Below are positions 1 through 10,451 of a DNA stretch of 64,000 nucleotides, piece by piece; the first letter of the stretch is position 1; each line of letters begins with the position of its first letter. This DNA comes from an uncultured Candidatus Binatia bacterium. Its GTDB lineage: Bacteria; Desulfobacterota; Binatia; UBA9968; JAJDTQ01. The notes under the pieces are model-generated. The model had not been told where the DNA came from. It saw nothing but the letters and a program-made list of their open reading frames with translations, and did not search any database. Location: the NCBI GenBank assembly GCA_965242525.1, contig OZ251459.1, positions 3,353,515 to 3,417,514 of the forward strand, read 5' to 3'. The position numbers were made by a program, and so were the translations under genes.

Positions 1-638
1 TGCGCGAGCGGCTGCCGCTGCTGTGGCAGGCGGCGCACCAGTTCGCCTCGCTCCAGATCCGCAACACCGCCACCATCGGCGGCAACATCTGCCGGGCCTC
101 GCCTTCCGGCGAGACCTTGGCGCCGCTGCTGGTGCTCGAAGCCCGGGCGGAGATGGCCTTCCCGGACGGCGCGCGCACCGAACCCTTCCGCGACTTCTTC
201 CGCGGCCCCGGCGAGACCAGCCTGGGGACCGGGGGCCTGCTCACGGGCGTCCACGTGCCGTTCCCGGAGGCGGGAAGCCGGGCCGTCTATCTCAAGCACG
301 CGGTGCGCGGCCCCATGGACATCGCCATGGTGGGGGTCGCGGTGATGGCGGCGCCCAACGCGGACAAGACCGCCCTGGGCGACGTGCGCATCGGCCTGGG
401 GGCGGTGGCGCCCACGCCCATCCGCGCCGCCCGGACCGAGGCGCTGGTGCGGGGCAAGGCCCCGGACGCCGCCCTGGTGAAGGAAGCGGGCGCCATGGCG
501 GCTTCCGAATCGAGTCCCATTACCGACCAGCGCAGCAGCGGCGAGTACCGCGGCTGGATCGTGGAGGCCCTCACCCGCCGGGGGCTGGAGCAGTGCTGGC
601 GCGCGATCACCACGGGCGGTCCCGAGGAGGTGGCATGA
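1..638 (+). CDS. Molybdenum hydroxylase FAD-binding (medium) subunit, CoxM/XdhB-like. Truncated at its 5' end by the window start.
   Basis: Frame 3 from position 3 reads REALPLLWQAAHQFASLQIRNTATIGGNICRASP..., the CoxM-type FAD-binding motif, continuing through the ORF-track entry 117..638. Stop TGA at 636-638 overlaps the next gene's ATG in an ATGA arrangement. Confidence 0.8.
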   Translation, partial: RERLPLLWQAAHQFASLQIRNTATIGGNICRASPSGETLAPLLVLEARAEMAFPDGARTEPFRDFFRGPGETSLGTGGLLTGVHVPFPEAGSRAVYLKHAVRGPMDIAMVGVAVMAAPNADKTALGDVRIGLGAVAPTPIRAARTEALVRGKAPDAALVKEAGAMAASESSPITDQRSSGEYRGWIVEALTRRGLEQCWRAITTGGPEEVA

Positions 639-1114
639 TGAGCCTGGAGATTACCCTCACGGTCAACGGCAAGACCCATACGGCCGCGCTGGAGCCCGCC
701 GCGGCGCTGGTGGACTTCCTGCGCGACACCCTGGGCTACAAGGGCGTCAAGCTCTGCTGCAACACCGGGGAATGCGGCGCGTGCACCATCCTCATGGACG
801 GCAAGCCGGTGAACTCCTGCGTGGTGCTGGGAGCGGACGCCGCGGGCGCCGACATCGTCACGGTGGAGGGCATCGCCGATGGCGACCGGCTCCACCCGGT
901 GCAGCAGGCGTTCATCGACACCGGCGCGGTGCAGTGCGGCTACTGCACGCCGGGCTTCATCGTGTCGGTCAAGGCGCTGCTCGACCGCTCGCCGCACCCC
1001 TCCGCGGAGGAGGTGGAGGAGGCCATCTCCGGCAACATCTGCCGGTGCACGGGCTACACCAAGATCTTCGACGCCGTGGAGCTGGCCGCCAAGCAACTCG
1101 AGGGAAGGAGTTAG
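635..1114 (+). CDS. Molybdenum hydroxylase 2Fe-2S small subunit (CoxS/XdhC-like), 159 aa.
   Basis: MMSLEITLTVNGK... with the two [2Fe-2S] cysteine clusters CNTGECGACT and CGYCTPG...CRCTGY. ATG at 635 overlaps the upstream stop. Confidence 0.85.
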   Translation: MMSLEITLTVNGKTHTAALEPAAALVDFLRDTLGYKGVKLCCNTGECGACTILMDGKPVNSCVVLGADAAGADIVTVEGIADGDRLHPVQQAFIDTGAVQCGYCTPGFIVSVKALLDRSPHPSAEEVEEAISGNICRCTGYTKIFDAVELAAKQLEGRS

Positions 1115-1119
1115 GAGCC

Positions 1120-3405
1120 ATGGCAAAGGCTGCACACACGGTCCTGGGGACCAACATGCCCCGCATGGGCGGGGTGGAGCGCGTGGTGGGCAAGGGCATC
1201 TACGGCATCGACCTGAACCTCCCCGACGCCCTCCACGGCGGAGTGCTGCGGAGCGCGCACGCCCACGCCAGGATCGTCCGCATCGACACCGGTGCGGCCA
1301 AGGCGCTGCCCGGGGTGCGCGCGGTGGTGACCGCGGCGGACGCGCCGGACGTGCGCTACGGCCGCTCCTACATCGACCGCTACATCCTCGCCCGGGACCG
1401 GGTGCGCTACATGGGCGACCCGGTGGCCGCGGTGGCCGCGGACAGCCCGGCCCTGGTCAGGGAGGCCCTCAGGAAGATCGAGGTGGTTTACGAGCCGCTG
1501 CCGGTGGTGGTGGACCCGGAAGCGGCCATGGAGCCGTCGGCGCCCACCATCCACGAGGACATGCCGCTGCCCAAGAACCTCCCGGAAGGCGCTCACGTGA
1601 AGAACGTGTGCGGCTACGCCCTCGTGGACATGGGCGACGCCGAAAAAGCCATGGCGGAAGCCGACTTGGTGGTGGAGGAGGCGTACGAGACCAGGATGAT
1701 CCACCCCCAGTACCTGGAGCCGCGCATCGCCGCGGCCCGGCCCGAGGAGGACGGGCGCATCACGGTGTGGGCCAACGCCCAGGCGCCGTTCCCGGTGCGC
1801 ACGGAGGTCGCCTCCCTCCTGGGGTTGCCGCTGAACCGCGTGCGGGTCATCTCCACGGACATCGGCGGCGGCTTCGGCGGCAAGGGCAGCGGGGTCACCT
1901 CCAGCGCCGGGCTGGAGCCCGTGTGCGCGCTGCTGGCCCTGGCCGCGGGGCAGCCGGTGATGATCGTGCTGGACAAGGCCGAGGAGACCGTCTCCACCAC
2001 CATCCGGTCCGGCGCGAAGATGTGGATCAAGAGCGGCGTCCGGAAGGACGGCGCGCTGGTGGCCCGCCAGGGCAAGGTGGTGTACGACGCCGGCGGCTAC
2101 TCCGGCTTCGGCAACCAGGCCGGTGGCCGGTGCACCCAGATGGTGGGCGGCTGGTACCGGGTTCCCAACGTCCGCATGGAGGGCTACACGGTCTATACCA
2201 ACAAGCAGGTGTGCGGCCCGGTGCGCGGCCCGGGCGGCCCCCAGGCCGCGTTCGCCCTGGAGTCCCACATGGACTCCATCGCCGCCCGGCTGGGCATGGA
2301 CCCCATCGAGTTCCGCCTGAAGAACGCGCCGCAAGCCGGGGACGGCATCGTCGGCGTTCCCAAGCTGCGGGACAGCTCTCTGGGCGAGACCCTGCGCATC
2401 GCCGCGGAGAAGATCGGCTGGGGCAAGGTGGAGTTGAAGGAGAACCAGGGCATCGGGTTCGCCACCGGCGCGTGGATCGAAGGCGCGGGTCCCGGCGGCG
2501 GCGCGGTGGTGAAGGTCAACGAGGACGGCTCGGCCACGGTGCACATCGGCAAGGTGGATTACGGCACCGCGGCCCGCTTCGGCATCCCCATGATCGTGGC
2601 CGAGGAGCTGGGCATCCCCACGGACGACGTCACCGTGCTGAACGTGGATACCGACGCCAGCCCCTGGGACGCCGGTACCGTGGGCAGCCGCTCCATGCTG
2701 GTGTCCGGCAACGCCGTCAAGCTCGCGGCCGAGGACGCTCGCAACCAGCTCCTGCGCATGGCCGCGTCGCAACTGGAAGCCAGCCCCGAGGACCTGGAGA
2801 TCCGGGACCGGCAGATCCGGGTGAAGGGCACGCCGTCCCGGTCCGTGCCGCTGGCCTCGGTGGCCACCGCGGCCCACAACGAGATCGGCGACGTCATCGG
2901 CCGGGGCTACTTCGACTCCAAGGCGTCCCAGGCCGACGAACGCGCCCGCGGCAGCTCCCAGCCCTTCACCACCCACGCGGCCCTGGTGGAGGTGGACACG
3001 GACACCGGCAACGTGAAGGTGCTGAAGTACGTGGCCGTCCACGACGTGGGTTTCGTGGTCCACCCCAAGGCGGTGGACGGACAGATCGAGGGCGCCGCGG
3101 CCATGAGCCTGGGCCAGGCGTTGTGCGAGCAGGTGGTGCACGACGACCTGGGGCGGACCCTGAACCCCACGTTCGTCGATTACCTGATGCCGACCGTCAA
3201 CATGCTGCCGCGCATCGAGGCGGTCACCGTGCCCGGCTATCCCGGGGCCGGACCCTACGGCACCAAGGGGGCCGGGGAGATCGGTTCGGTGCCGCCCATG
3301 GCCTGCATCGCCAACGCCATCCGCAACGCCACCGGAGTGCGCATCCACAAGCTGCCCCTGAGCCCCGAGAACGTGCTGCGGGCGCTCCGGGAAGCCGGGC
3401 AGTAG
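1120..3405 (+). CDS. Xanthine dehydrogenase-family molybdopterin-binding large subunit (CoxL/aldehyde oxidoreductase-like), 761 aa.
   Basis: MAKAAHTVLGTNMPRMGGVERVVGKGIYGIDLN... and GGGFGGKG motif. ATG at 1120 follows an AGGGAAGGAG RBS six nucleotides after the small-subunit stop. The track ORF 772..3405 is the same frame with a spurious upstream extension. Confidence 0.85.
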   Translation: MAKAAHTVLGTNMPRMGGVERVVGKGIYGIDLNLPDALHGGVLRSAHAHARIVRIDTGAAKALPGVRAVVTAADAPDVRYGRSYIDRYILARDRVRYMGDPVAAVAADSPALVREALRKIEVVYEPLPVVVDPEAAMEPSAPTIHEDMPLPKNLPEGAHVKNVCGYALVDMGDAEKAMAEADLVVEEAYETRMIHPQYLEPRIAAARPEEDGRITVWANAQAPFPVRTEVASLLGLPLNRVRVISTDIGGGFGGKGSGVTSSAGLEPVCALLALAAGQPVMIVLDKAEETVSTTIRSGAKMWIKSGVRKDGALVARQGKVVYDAGGYSGFGNQAGGRCTQMVGGWYRVPNVRMEGYTVYTNKQVCGPVRGPGGPQAAFALESHMDSIAARLGMDPIEFRLKNAPQAGDGIVGVPKLRDSSLGETLRIAAEKIGWGKVELKENQGIGFATGAWIEGAGPGGGAVVKVNEDGSATVHIGKVDYGTAARFGIPMIVAEELGIPTDDVTVLNVDTDASPWDAGTVGSRSMLVSGNAVKLAAEDARNQLLRMAASQLEASPEDLEIRDRQIRVKGTPSRSVPLASVATAAHNEIGDVIGRGYFDSKASQADERARGSSQPFTTHAALVEVDTDTGNVKVLKYVAVHDVGFVVHPKAVDGQIEGAAAMSLGQALCEQVVHDDLGRTLNPTFVDYLMPTVNMLPRIEAVTVPGYPGAGPYGTKGAGEIGSVPPMACIANAIRNATGVRIHKLPLSPENVLRALREAGQ

Positions 3406-3436
3406 GCCCGCGGGCGAGCCCCGGGCGCGTGGCCCC

Positions 3437-4783
3437 TTGCCGATGACGCGAACGCGCGGCGGCCCCTTCCGCCGGCTGTCGAAGCTCTACTACGGCTGGC
3501 GGATGGTGGGGCTGTTGTCCCTCATCCGCACCATCGGCGGCGGCGTCCACGGGTTCGGCTTCACCGTCTTCTTCCTGCCCGTCAGCGCCGAGTTGGGCAT
3601 CAGCCGGGCGGCCACCTCCTTTGCCTTCTCCCTGGCCCGGGCCGAAGGGGCCATCGAGGGTCCGCTGGCGGGTTGGCTCATCGACCGCTTCGGCGCCAAG
3701 CCCGTCATCCTCACCGCCACGCTACTGTGCGGCGTGGGCTACCTCCTGCTCGCCGGCATCGACGGCTACGCCGGCTTCGTGGCGGTTTACGTCGGGGTGG
3801 TCTCCCTGGCTTTCATCCCGGGCTTCGTGCACGCCCCCGCGGTGCTCATCACCCGATGGTTCACCCGCTATCGCGCCCGGGCGTTGACCTGCCTGAGCGC
3901 CGCCATGCCCATCGGCGGCGTCCTGGTCACGCCCCTGCTGGCGCTGGCCCTCCAGGCCTGGGGCTGGCGCACGGCCGCGGCGCTCACGGGCTGCCTGTTC
4001 CTGGCGGCGGCAGCGCCGTTGACCCTGGGGATTCGCCCGTCGCCCGAGAGCATGGGCCTGCCCCCGGACGGGGACGGAGCGCCGCCGCCTGCCGCGGGAC
4101 GGGGCGCGGCTCCGGGACGGTCCGCGCCGGAGTCCCGCCCGGAGCCGGACTACACCGTGCGCGGCGCCATGCGCACCTCGGTGTTCTGGCTGTTCGTCCT
4201 GTGGATGACCGCCCGGAGCGCCGCCTACACCATCGTCATCGTGCACTTCGTGCCGTTGATGGTGTGGAAGGGCATGACCGAGCAGGGCGCCGCGTTCCTG
4301 CTGTCGGGGTTCGCCTTCATGAACATCGTGGCCCACTTCGTCCTGGGGTGGATCGCCGACCGGACCAACAAGATGCGCTTGGTGACCCGGTGCATGGCGC
4401 TCTCGTCCATCGCCGTCCTGCCGCTCCTGTGGACCGACGCCCTGTGGGGCTCGTTGCTGTTCGCGGCCCTGTTCTCCGTGCTGGATGCGTCCATCCCGGT
4501 GGTGTGGGCCGCGGTGGGCGACTTCTTCGGGCGCAGACGCTTCGGCACCATCCGCGGGAACATGAGTTTCTTCTACATGTGGGGCAGCTTCGCCGGCCCC
4601 ACCATGGCCGGCGTCATCTATGACCGGTACGGCAGCTACGCCGGCGTGCTGTGGTTGTTGCTGGGCCTGGTGGCGGTCTCCGGCGCGGCCACGGGCCGCC
4701 TGGTGGAGCCGTGGAGCCGTCTTGGCCGCGGCGCGGATGATCCGCACGGCACGGGCGCCGACCTGCCCAGCGTCGATGGCTGA
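3437..4783 (+). CDS. MFS transporter, about 12 TM segments.
   Basis: Hydrophobic 448-aa protein with MFS-like loops (GWLIDRFG.KP, FFGRRRFGTIRG). The start could instead be the internal Met at 3503. Confidence 0.7.
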   Translation: MPMTRTRGGPFRRLSKLYYGWRMVGLLSLIRTIGGGVHGFGFTVFFLPVSAELGISRAATSFAFSLARAEGAIEGPLAGWLIDRFGAKPVILTATLLCGVGYLLLAGIDGYAGFVAVYVGVVSLAFIPGFVHAPAVLITRWFTRYRARALTCLSAAMPIGGVLVTPLLALALQAWGWRTAAALTGCLFLAAAAPLTLGIRPSPESMGLPPDGDGAPPPAAGRGAAPGRSAPESRPEPDYTVRGAMRTSVFWLFVLWMTARSAAYTIVIVHFVPLMVWKGMTEQGAAFLLSGFAFMNIVAHFVLGWIADRTNKMRLVTRCMALSSIAVLPLLWTDALWGSLLFAALFSVLDASIPVVWAAVGDFFGRRRFGTIRGNMSFFYMWGSFAGPTMAGVIYDRYGSYAGVLWLLLGLVAVSGAATGRLVEPWSRLGRGADDPHGTGADLPSVDG

Positions 4784-4806
4784 CCGCTGTCGGGAGCGAG
4801 GGGAAG

Positions 4807-5457
4807 ATGAACAGGCAGAAACGCACCGCCATCTACGGCCGCCTCCGGGAGCGCAACCCCCGTCCCGAGACCGAGCTCGACTGGGTGGATCCTTTCGAGT
4901 TGCTGGTGGCGGTGGTGCTGTCGGCCCAGGCCACGGACGTGGGCGTCAACAAGGCCACCGCGAAGTTGTTCCCGGCGGCCAACACGCCCGAACAGATCCT
5001 CGCGCTGGGGACCGACGGGCTCAAACGCTACATCCGCACCATCGGCCTCTTCAACAGCAAGGCCGAGAACATCATCAAGACCTGCCGCATCCTCATGGAC
5101 CGGCACGCAGGCCAGGTCCCGCGCAGCCGCGAGGCCCTGGAGGCCCTGCCCGGCGTGGGCCGGAAGACCGCCAACGTCATCCTCAACACCGCCTTCGGCC
5201 AACCCACCATCGCGGTGGACACCCACATCTTCCGCGTGGCCAACCGCACCCGCCTGGCCCGCGGCAAGACGCCCCTGGAAGTCGAGCAGCGCCTGACCCG
5301 CCTCACCCCCCCGGAGTTCCGCAAGGACGCCCACCACTGGCTCATCCTCCACGGCCGCTACGTCTGCAAGGCCCGCAAGCCCGAATGCCCCACCTGCTTC
5401 CTCGCCGACCTGTGCGAGTTCCCGGACAAGACGCGAGAACCGGCGTCCGAGCCGTGA
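4807..5457 (+). CDS. nth: Endonuclease III (DNA glycosylase/AP lyase).
   Basis: HhH-GPD motif LPGVGRKTANVILN and C-terminal 4Fe-4S ligands CKARKPECPTCFLADLC. Collinear with the Nth family over its full length. Confidence 0.9.
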   Translation: MNRQKRTAIYGRLRERNPRPETELDWVDPFELLVAVVLSAQATDVGVNKATAKLFPAANTPEQILALGTDGLKRYIRTIGLFNSKAENIIKTCRILMDRHAGQVPRSREALEALPGVGRKTANVILNTAFGQPTIAVDTHIFRVANRTRLARGKTPLEVEQRLTRLTPPEFRKDAHHWLILHGRYVCKARKPECPTCFLADLCEFPDKTREPASEP

Positions 5458-5489
5458 CCGCTACGGGTGGGGTCCGATTTGGAAACGGC

Positions 5490-5783
5490 TCAATCGGAAA
5501 GTGCGCCGAAAAATTTCTCCTTGTTTGAGAACCTCGCTCGATCTTCTTCGGTAGGTGGGTTACTCTGGTAGGGTGGACAGTGGTAGTAGTAGGTCCGCAC
5601 GACGCTTGATCTCGCGGCTATTGCCGAAACGAAAGCCCCATAGTCGATTCGCTGTCTGTTGAAGTGGTCGTCGAGCAGCTTGTCGATGTATCCCCCATCA
5701 AGAAAGACAACCGATCTGTCCACGAGGTGCGTCTCCTGTCGGCACGAAAAGGAGAGGGGTCCCTTGCAGGACCCCTCTCTCAT
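5490..5783 (-). pseudogene. N-terminal fragment (about 95 aa) of a NYN/LabA-like domain protein, probably a gene remnant.
   Basis: VVFLDGGYIDKLL ... VRTYYYHCPPY resembles the first half of the NYN domain (the FIDG.NL and YYY segments). No plausible start codon or RBS; it sits in the nth-hsdR gap. Confidence 0.3.
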
Positions 5784-6052
5784 GAAAAGCCCGACATCCA
5801 GAGTGAACGCCGGGGGGTATAAACAGCGGCGTTTGCACGCCTGAAAGATAAGCTAAACCCACAGGCCGCTCGTGTCAAGACCCAAGGGGCGTCGTCCAGG
5901 ATCTTGAGGTCGCCGGTTCATAGAGGGCGCCCAGCCGTTCGTGGCGAGGTTGTCCGTCTTGGCGCGGTTCTCCGCCACCGTGTTGGATTCCGAGGACTTC
6001 CAAGCTATCCTGCTTTCTCAGTACCGACAGACTACCGCAGTGCTGACCCGCC

Positions 6053-8584
6053 ATGAACGAAGCCACAGCGCGCATCAAGATCAACAGACTGCTGGAAGCG
6101 GCCGGATGGCGGTTCTCCGACGAAGGAGACCATCGGGCCAACATCCGCCTCGAATCCGGCGTCACCATTGAACCGGCCGGTCTCGACGCCCTCGGAGACA
6201 ATTTCGAGAAAACCGCCCAAGGATTCATCGACTTCCTTTTGCTGGACGCCAAGGGATTCCCACTGATCGTTCTGGAGGCCAAGGCCGAGAACAAGAACCC
6301 GCTGGTAGGCAAGGAACAGGCGCGCAGGTACGCCCGCGCGCAGAACTGCCGTTTCGTGATCCTCTCCAACGGCAATCTGCACTACTTCTGGGATCTGGAA
6401 CGCGGCAGCCCATACATCATCACCACGTTCCCCAGGCCGGAGTCGGTAACCGGCTATCGGGAAGTAACGCCCGACCCGCAGCGCTTGGCGGAAGAACGGG
6501 TCAGCGACGACTACATTGTCCTGACCCAGCGCCCCAATTACGCGTCGGAAGCGGCTTGGAAGAGTGAAGCCGAACGCCCCATCTTCATCCGCGCCCATAA
6601 GCTGCGCTTTCTGCGTCCCTACCAACTGAATGCCGTCCTTGCCTTGCAACGCGCGGTCCGGGACGGCAACGACCGCTTTCTGTTCGAGATGGCTACCGGC
6701 ACGGGCAAGACGCTCACTGCAGCCGCGGTCATAAAGCTGTTCCTGCGCTCCCGCAACGCGCGCCGCGTGCTGTTCCTAGTGGACCGTCTGGAGTTGGAGG
6801 ATCAGACCCATAAGGTTTTCACCGCGTTGCTTTCCGTCGACTTCCAGACGGTCATCTACAAGGAGAAGCGCGACGATTGGCGGCGCGCCGAGATCGTCGT
6901 CAGCACGGTCCAATCCCTGCTGTTCAACAACAAGTACCAGCAGCTCTTCTCGCCCACGGATTTCGATCTGGTAATCTCCGACGAGGCGCATCGCTCCATC
7001 GGCGGTAACGCCCGGGCTGTGTTCGATTATTTCGTGGGCTACAAGCTCGGGCTCACCGCGACCCCGCGCGACTACCTGAAGGGTGCAGACCCCCAACGAG
7101 CCGCCAGTCATCCACGGGAGGCTGAGCGCCGGTTGCTGCTGGACACTTACCGTACCTTTGGCTGCGAGAGCGGACAGCCCACCTTTCGCTACTCGCTGTT
7201 GGACGGCGTGAAGGATGGCTACCTGATCAGCCCGACGGTGGTGGATGCGCGCACGGACGTGACCACCCGGCTCCTGTCCGAAGAAGGGTTCGTGGTCTCC
7301 TTCACCGACGAGACGGGCGACGACCGGGATGAGGCATACAGGCAGCGCGAGTTCGAGAAGCGTTTCTTCTCCGAAGCCACCAACCGCTTGTTCTGCAGGA
7401 CCTTCTTGGAGAACGCCTTGCGCGATCCGGTTAGCCGAGAGGTGGGCAAGTCCATCATCTTCGGAGTCAGCCAGAACCATGCCGCCAAGCTCGTCCATAT
7501 CTTCAACGCGATGGCCCATCGCATGTTCCCTGGCAAGTATCAGTCCGACTTCGCCGTGCAGGTGACCTCGCAGATACCGGACGCCCAGCCGTTTACCGTG
7601 AACTTCACCAACAACAACCTGCTGGGCTCGGGCAATTTCCTGCCCACGTACAGGAGCAGCAAGGCCCGTGTCTGTGTTACTGTAGGTATGATGACCACCG
7701 GGTACGACTGTACCGACGTCCTGAACCTTGGCATGTTTCGGCCCATTTTCTCGCCCACCGATTTCGTCCAGATCAAGGGCCGCGGCACCCGCAGGCACCG
7801 GTTCCTCGACCAACTCCACGATCCGGCGCTCGCAGAGAACGTCAGGCAGCCCGAAAAGACCGCCTTCAAGCTCTTTGACTTCTTCGCCAATTGTGAGTAC
7901 TTTGAGGAAGAATACGATTACGACCAGGTCATCGACCTGCCCAAAGCCGTCACGGACAACGGGCCAACCGACGGTGTTGTGGACGGGCCGCACACAGTGT
8001 TGGAAATATACGAGCATTCGGGTCCGGACGACTTGTCAATGGTGAAGGAAGAAACCATCGGCGTCGAGGGCATGAAGATCGACCGCATGTTCTTCGAGCG
8101 GTTCGAGGATACAGTGAAGGAGAATGGATTCATCGCCACGTGCGTCGAAGCCGGGGAGTGGGAGAAAGTGATCGAGTACGTCAACCGGGAAGTCTTCGAC
8201 AAGCCGGAGGAATACTACAGTTTGGACAAGCTTCGCAGAGCCGCGGCGGTGGACCGTCGCCTGACCCTGCGGGAGATCCTTGAAAAGGTCTTCGGCCTCA
8301 TCCCGCGCTTCAAGTCGAGGGACGAGTTGCTGGAGGAGGAGTTCGCCAAGTTCGTCGCCGATTACAAACCCAAAGAGGCGACGGCCATCCCCGCCCTCAA
8401 GACTTACTTCAAAGCGTACGCCACCAGTAACCAGATCCGCGACATCATCGAAAGCCGTAACTACACAGACCTCGCCACCAACCCGGCCTTTTCCACCCGG
8501 GACTTTCGCGCAGTGCCAGAGAGATACCGCGCCATCATCCCGAATTACATCAAGGACTACGTGCCACTGAACCAGTTCGCCTGA
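6053..8584 (+). CDS. hsdR: Type I restriction enzyme R subunit-like: N-terminal PD-(D/E)xK nuclease plus SF2 DEAD/DEAH motor, 843 aa.
   Basis: HSDR_N-type nuclease motif LLDAKGFPLIVLEAKAE. Helicase motifs LRPYQLNAV (Q), MATGTGKT (I), VISDEAHRS (II), LGLTATP (III) and QIKGRGTRR (VI). Confidence 0.8.
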   Translation: MNEATARIKINRLLEAAGWRFSDEGDHRANIRLESGVTIEPAGLDALGDNFEKTAQGFIDFLLLDAKGFPLIVLEAKAENKNPLVGKEQARRYARAQNCRFVILSNGNLHYFWDLERGSPYIITTFPRPESVTGYREVTPDPQRLAEERVSDDYIVLTQRPNYASEAAWKSEAERPIFIRAHKLRFLRPYQLNAVLALQRAVRDGNDRFLFEMATGTGKTLTAAAVIKLFLRSRNARRVLFLVDRLELEDQTHKVFTALLSVDFQTVIYKEKRDDWRRAEIVVSTVQSLLFNNKYQQLFSPTDFDLVISDEAHRSIGGNARAVFDYFVGYKLGLTATPRDYLKGADPQRAASHPREAERRLLLDTYRTFGCESGQPTFRYSLLDGVKDGYLISPTVVDARTDVTTRLLSEEGFVVSFTDETGDDRDEAYRQREFEKRFFSEATNRLFCRTFLENALRDPVSREVGKSIIFGVSQNHAAKLVHIFNAMAHRMFPGKYQSDFAVQVTSQIPDAQPFTVNFTNNNLLGSGNFLPTYRSSKARVCVTVGMMTTGYDCTDVLNLGMFRPIFSPTDFVQIKGRGTRRHRFLDQLHDPALAENVRQPEKTAFKLFDFFANCEYFEEEYDYDQVIDLPKAVTDNGPTDGVVDGPHTVLEIYEHSGPDDLSMVKEETIGVEGMKIDRMFFERFEDTVKENGFIATCVEAGEWEKVIEYVNREVFDKPEEYYSLDKLRRAAAVDRRLTLREILEKVFGLIPRFKSRDELLEEEFAKFVADYKPKEATAIPALKTYFKAYATSNQIRDIIESRNYTDLATNPAFSTRDFRAVPERYRAIIPNYIKDYVPLNQFA

Positions 8585-8603
8585 ATCGTGAGGAGGAACC
8601 GCC

Positions 8604-10451
8604 TTGCTCGACTCCACCACCAAACACCGTATTGACACCGCCCGTGATATCCTCGTGGGCAAGGTGCCTGACCCCAAGAGTCAGGTGGAGCAGATCACCA
8701 TCGCGCTCATCTATAAGTTCATGGACGATATGGACGCCGAAAGCGAGGAGTTGGGAGGACGGCGCAGGTTTTTTGCCAACAGGTTCGCCCGCTACGGCTG
8801 GACGAAGTTGATGCGCTCCGGCCTGGGGGGGCACGAAACCCTGAACCTCTATGCCGAAGCCATCACCCGTATGCCCGAGAACCCCGGCATTCCACCCCTG
8901 TTCCGCAGCATCTTTAACAATGCCTACCTGCCCTACCGCGACCCGGAGACCTTGCGCGCCTTCCTAAAGGTCATCAACGAGTTCACCTATGACCACTCGG
9001 AGCGGCTGGGAGACGCTTTCGAGTACCTGCTGTCCGTCATGGGTTCCCAGGGCGACGCTGGCCAGTTCCGCACCCCGCGCCACATCATCGACTTCATCGT
9101 CGCCATCATCGACCCGAAAAAGGATGAGACTATGCTCGATCCGGCGTGCGGTACCGGAGGTTTCCTCATCTCCTCTTACAAACACATCCTGAAGACCAAC
9201 ACGGACGAGGACGGGAACAGCACTCTCACGCCCGAAGACCGCCGCCGACTCGCCGTCAACTTCAAGGGCTACGATATCTCTCCCGACATGGTGCGCCTCT
9301 CCCTCGTGAATATGTACCTCCACGGCTTCGCCGACCCGCACATCTTGGAGTACGACACCCTCACCAGCCAGGAACACTGGAACGAGTACGCCGACGTCAT
9401 ACTGGCCAACCCCCCTTTCATGTCACCCAAGGGCGGCATCCGCCCACACAACCGGTTTTCGGTCCAGTCCAAGCGTAGCGAAGTCCTGTTCGTGGACTAC
9501 ATGGCCGAGCACTTGAACCCTACTGGCCGAGCCGGAATCATCGTACCCGAAGGCATCATCTTCCAGAGTCAAGGCGCACACACGAAATTGCGCCGGATGC
9601 TGGTAGAGGATTTCCTCGTAGCGGTCATTTCATTGCCAGCCGGCGTGTTCCAGCCCTATTCCGGCGTGAAGACCTCGATCCTGATCCTGGACAAGGCGCT
9701 GGCCAAACGGACAAACCGCATCGCTTTCTTCGGGGTGGAGAACGACGGCTACGATCTAGGAGCACAGCGACGACCGATCGAGGAGAACGACTTGCCACGC
9801 GTAACGGCCGAGATCGTAGAGTATCTGGGCCACTCGCGAACCGATAAATTCCTGAACGCTGCCGAACCGATACGCGCCGGGCAAGTGGCGGAGCCTAGGG
9901 GTACGTATACGACGGTCGAACCGTCCAGAGGCTTTCAACCTAATAGCGGACTCATCGTCGAGAAGGAACAAATCGCCACTCTTGGAGGCTATGGCTTGAA
10001 TGCGGTGCGTTATCAGGAAGGCGACACCCGCAAGAAGAAATCAAAGTGGCCACTTGTGAAAGTTAAGGATGTGTGCCAAGCTATTTTGGGTGGTGGCACT
10101 CCTTCTACGAAAAACGAAGAGTACTGGCAAGGGAAGATTCCTTGGATCACAAGTGCCGACATCGTAAATCTCACGACTGCGAGACCACGTCGATATATCA
10201 CGGAGAAAGCAATAAAGGAATCGGCCACCAACTTGATCCCCAAAGACAATGTGGTAGTTGTAACAAGAGTTGGCCTCGGGAAACTATTCAGGAACAGTTT
10301 TGATATATGTATTAGTCAAGACTCACATGGGTTGATCGTGAAAGATGGAGTCAATGCGGATTATCTGGTACAGATACTGAAAGACAAGGTGAAGGAATTC
10401 AAGAAAAGCAGTCAAGGTTCGACCATACAGGGAGTTACAAAAAGAGACTAG
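8604..10451 (+). CDS. hsdM: Type I R-M HsdM (N6-adenine methyltransferase) fused to a single HsdS-like target-recognition domain. Reading frame is interrupted at 10449.
   Basis: TTG start after a GAGGAGG RBS. HsdM_N region, motif I DPACGTGGFL, motif IV NPPF. The C-terminal ~200 aa (KVKDVCQAILGGGTPSTKNEEYWQGKIPWITSADI...) resembles an HsdS TRD. Confidence 0.8.
   Translation: MLDSTTKHRIDTARDILVGKVPDPKSQVEQITIALIYKFMDDMDAESEELGGRRRFFANRFARYGWTKLMRSGLGGHETLNLYAEAITRMPENPGIPPLFRSIFNNAYLPYRDPETLRAFLKVINEFTYDHSERLGDAFEYLLSVMGSQGDAGQFRTPRHIIDFIVAIIDPKKDETMLDPACGTGGFLISSYKHILKTNTDEDGNSTLTPEDRRRLAVNFKGYDISPDMVRLSLVNMYLHGFADPHILEYDTLTSQEHWNEYADVILANPPFMSPKGGIRPHNRFSVQSKRSEVLFVDYMAEHLNPTGRAGIIVPEGIIFQSQGAHTKLRRMLVEDFLVAVISLPAGVFQPYSGVKTSILILDKALAKRTNRIAFFGVENDGYDLGAQRRPIEENDLPRVTAEIVEYLGHSRTDKFLNAAEPIRAGQVAEPRGTYTTVEPSRGFQPNSGLIVEKEQIATLGGYGLNAVRYQEGDTRKKKSKWPLVKVKDVCQAILGGGTPSTKNEEYWQGKIPWITSADIVNLTTARPRRYITEKAIKESATNLIPKDNVVVVTRVGLGKLFRNSFDICISQDSHGLIVKDGVNADYLVQILKDKVKEFKKSSQGSTIQGVTKRD

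Noticed and set aside
879-3446. Very long overlapping ORFs in alternative frames and on the opposite strand of real genes: 879..3446 +, 1111..3348 -, 21150..23369 +, 14547..16994 +, 16079..18013 -, 30171..32309 +, 32251..34029 +, 46220..49408 - (run-on), 47986..50205 +.
   Set aside because: They are Arg/Gly/Pro-rich low-complexity translations typical of high-GC DNA (stop codons are rare). They overlap genes with clear family signatures and have no RBS or domains.
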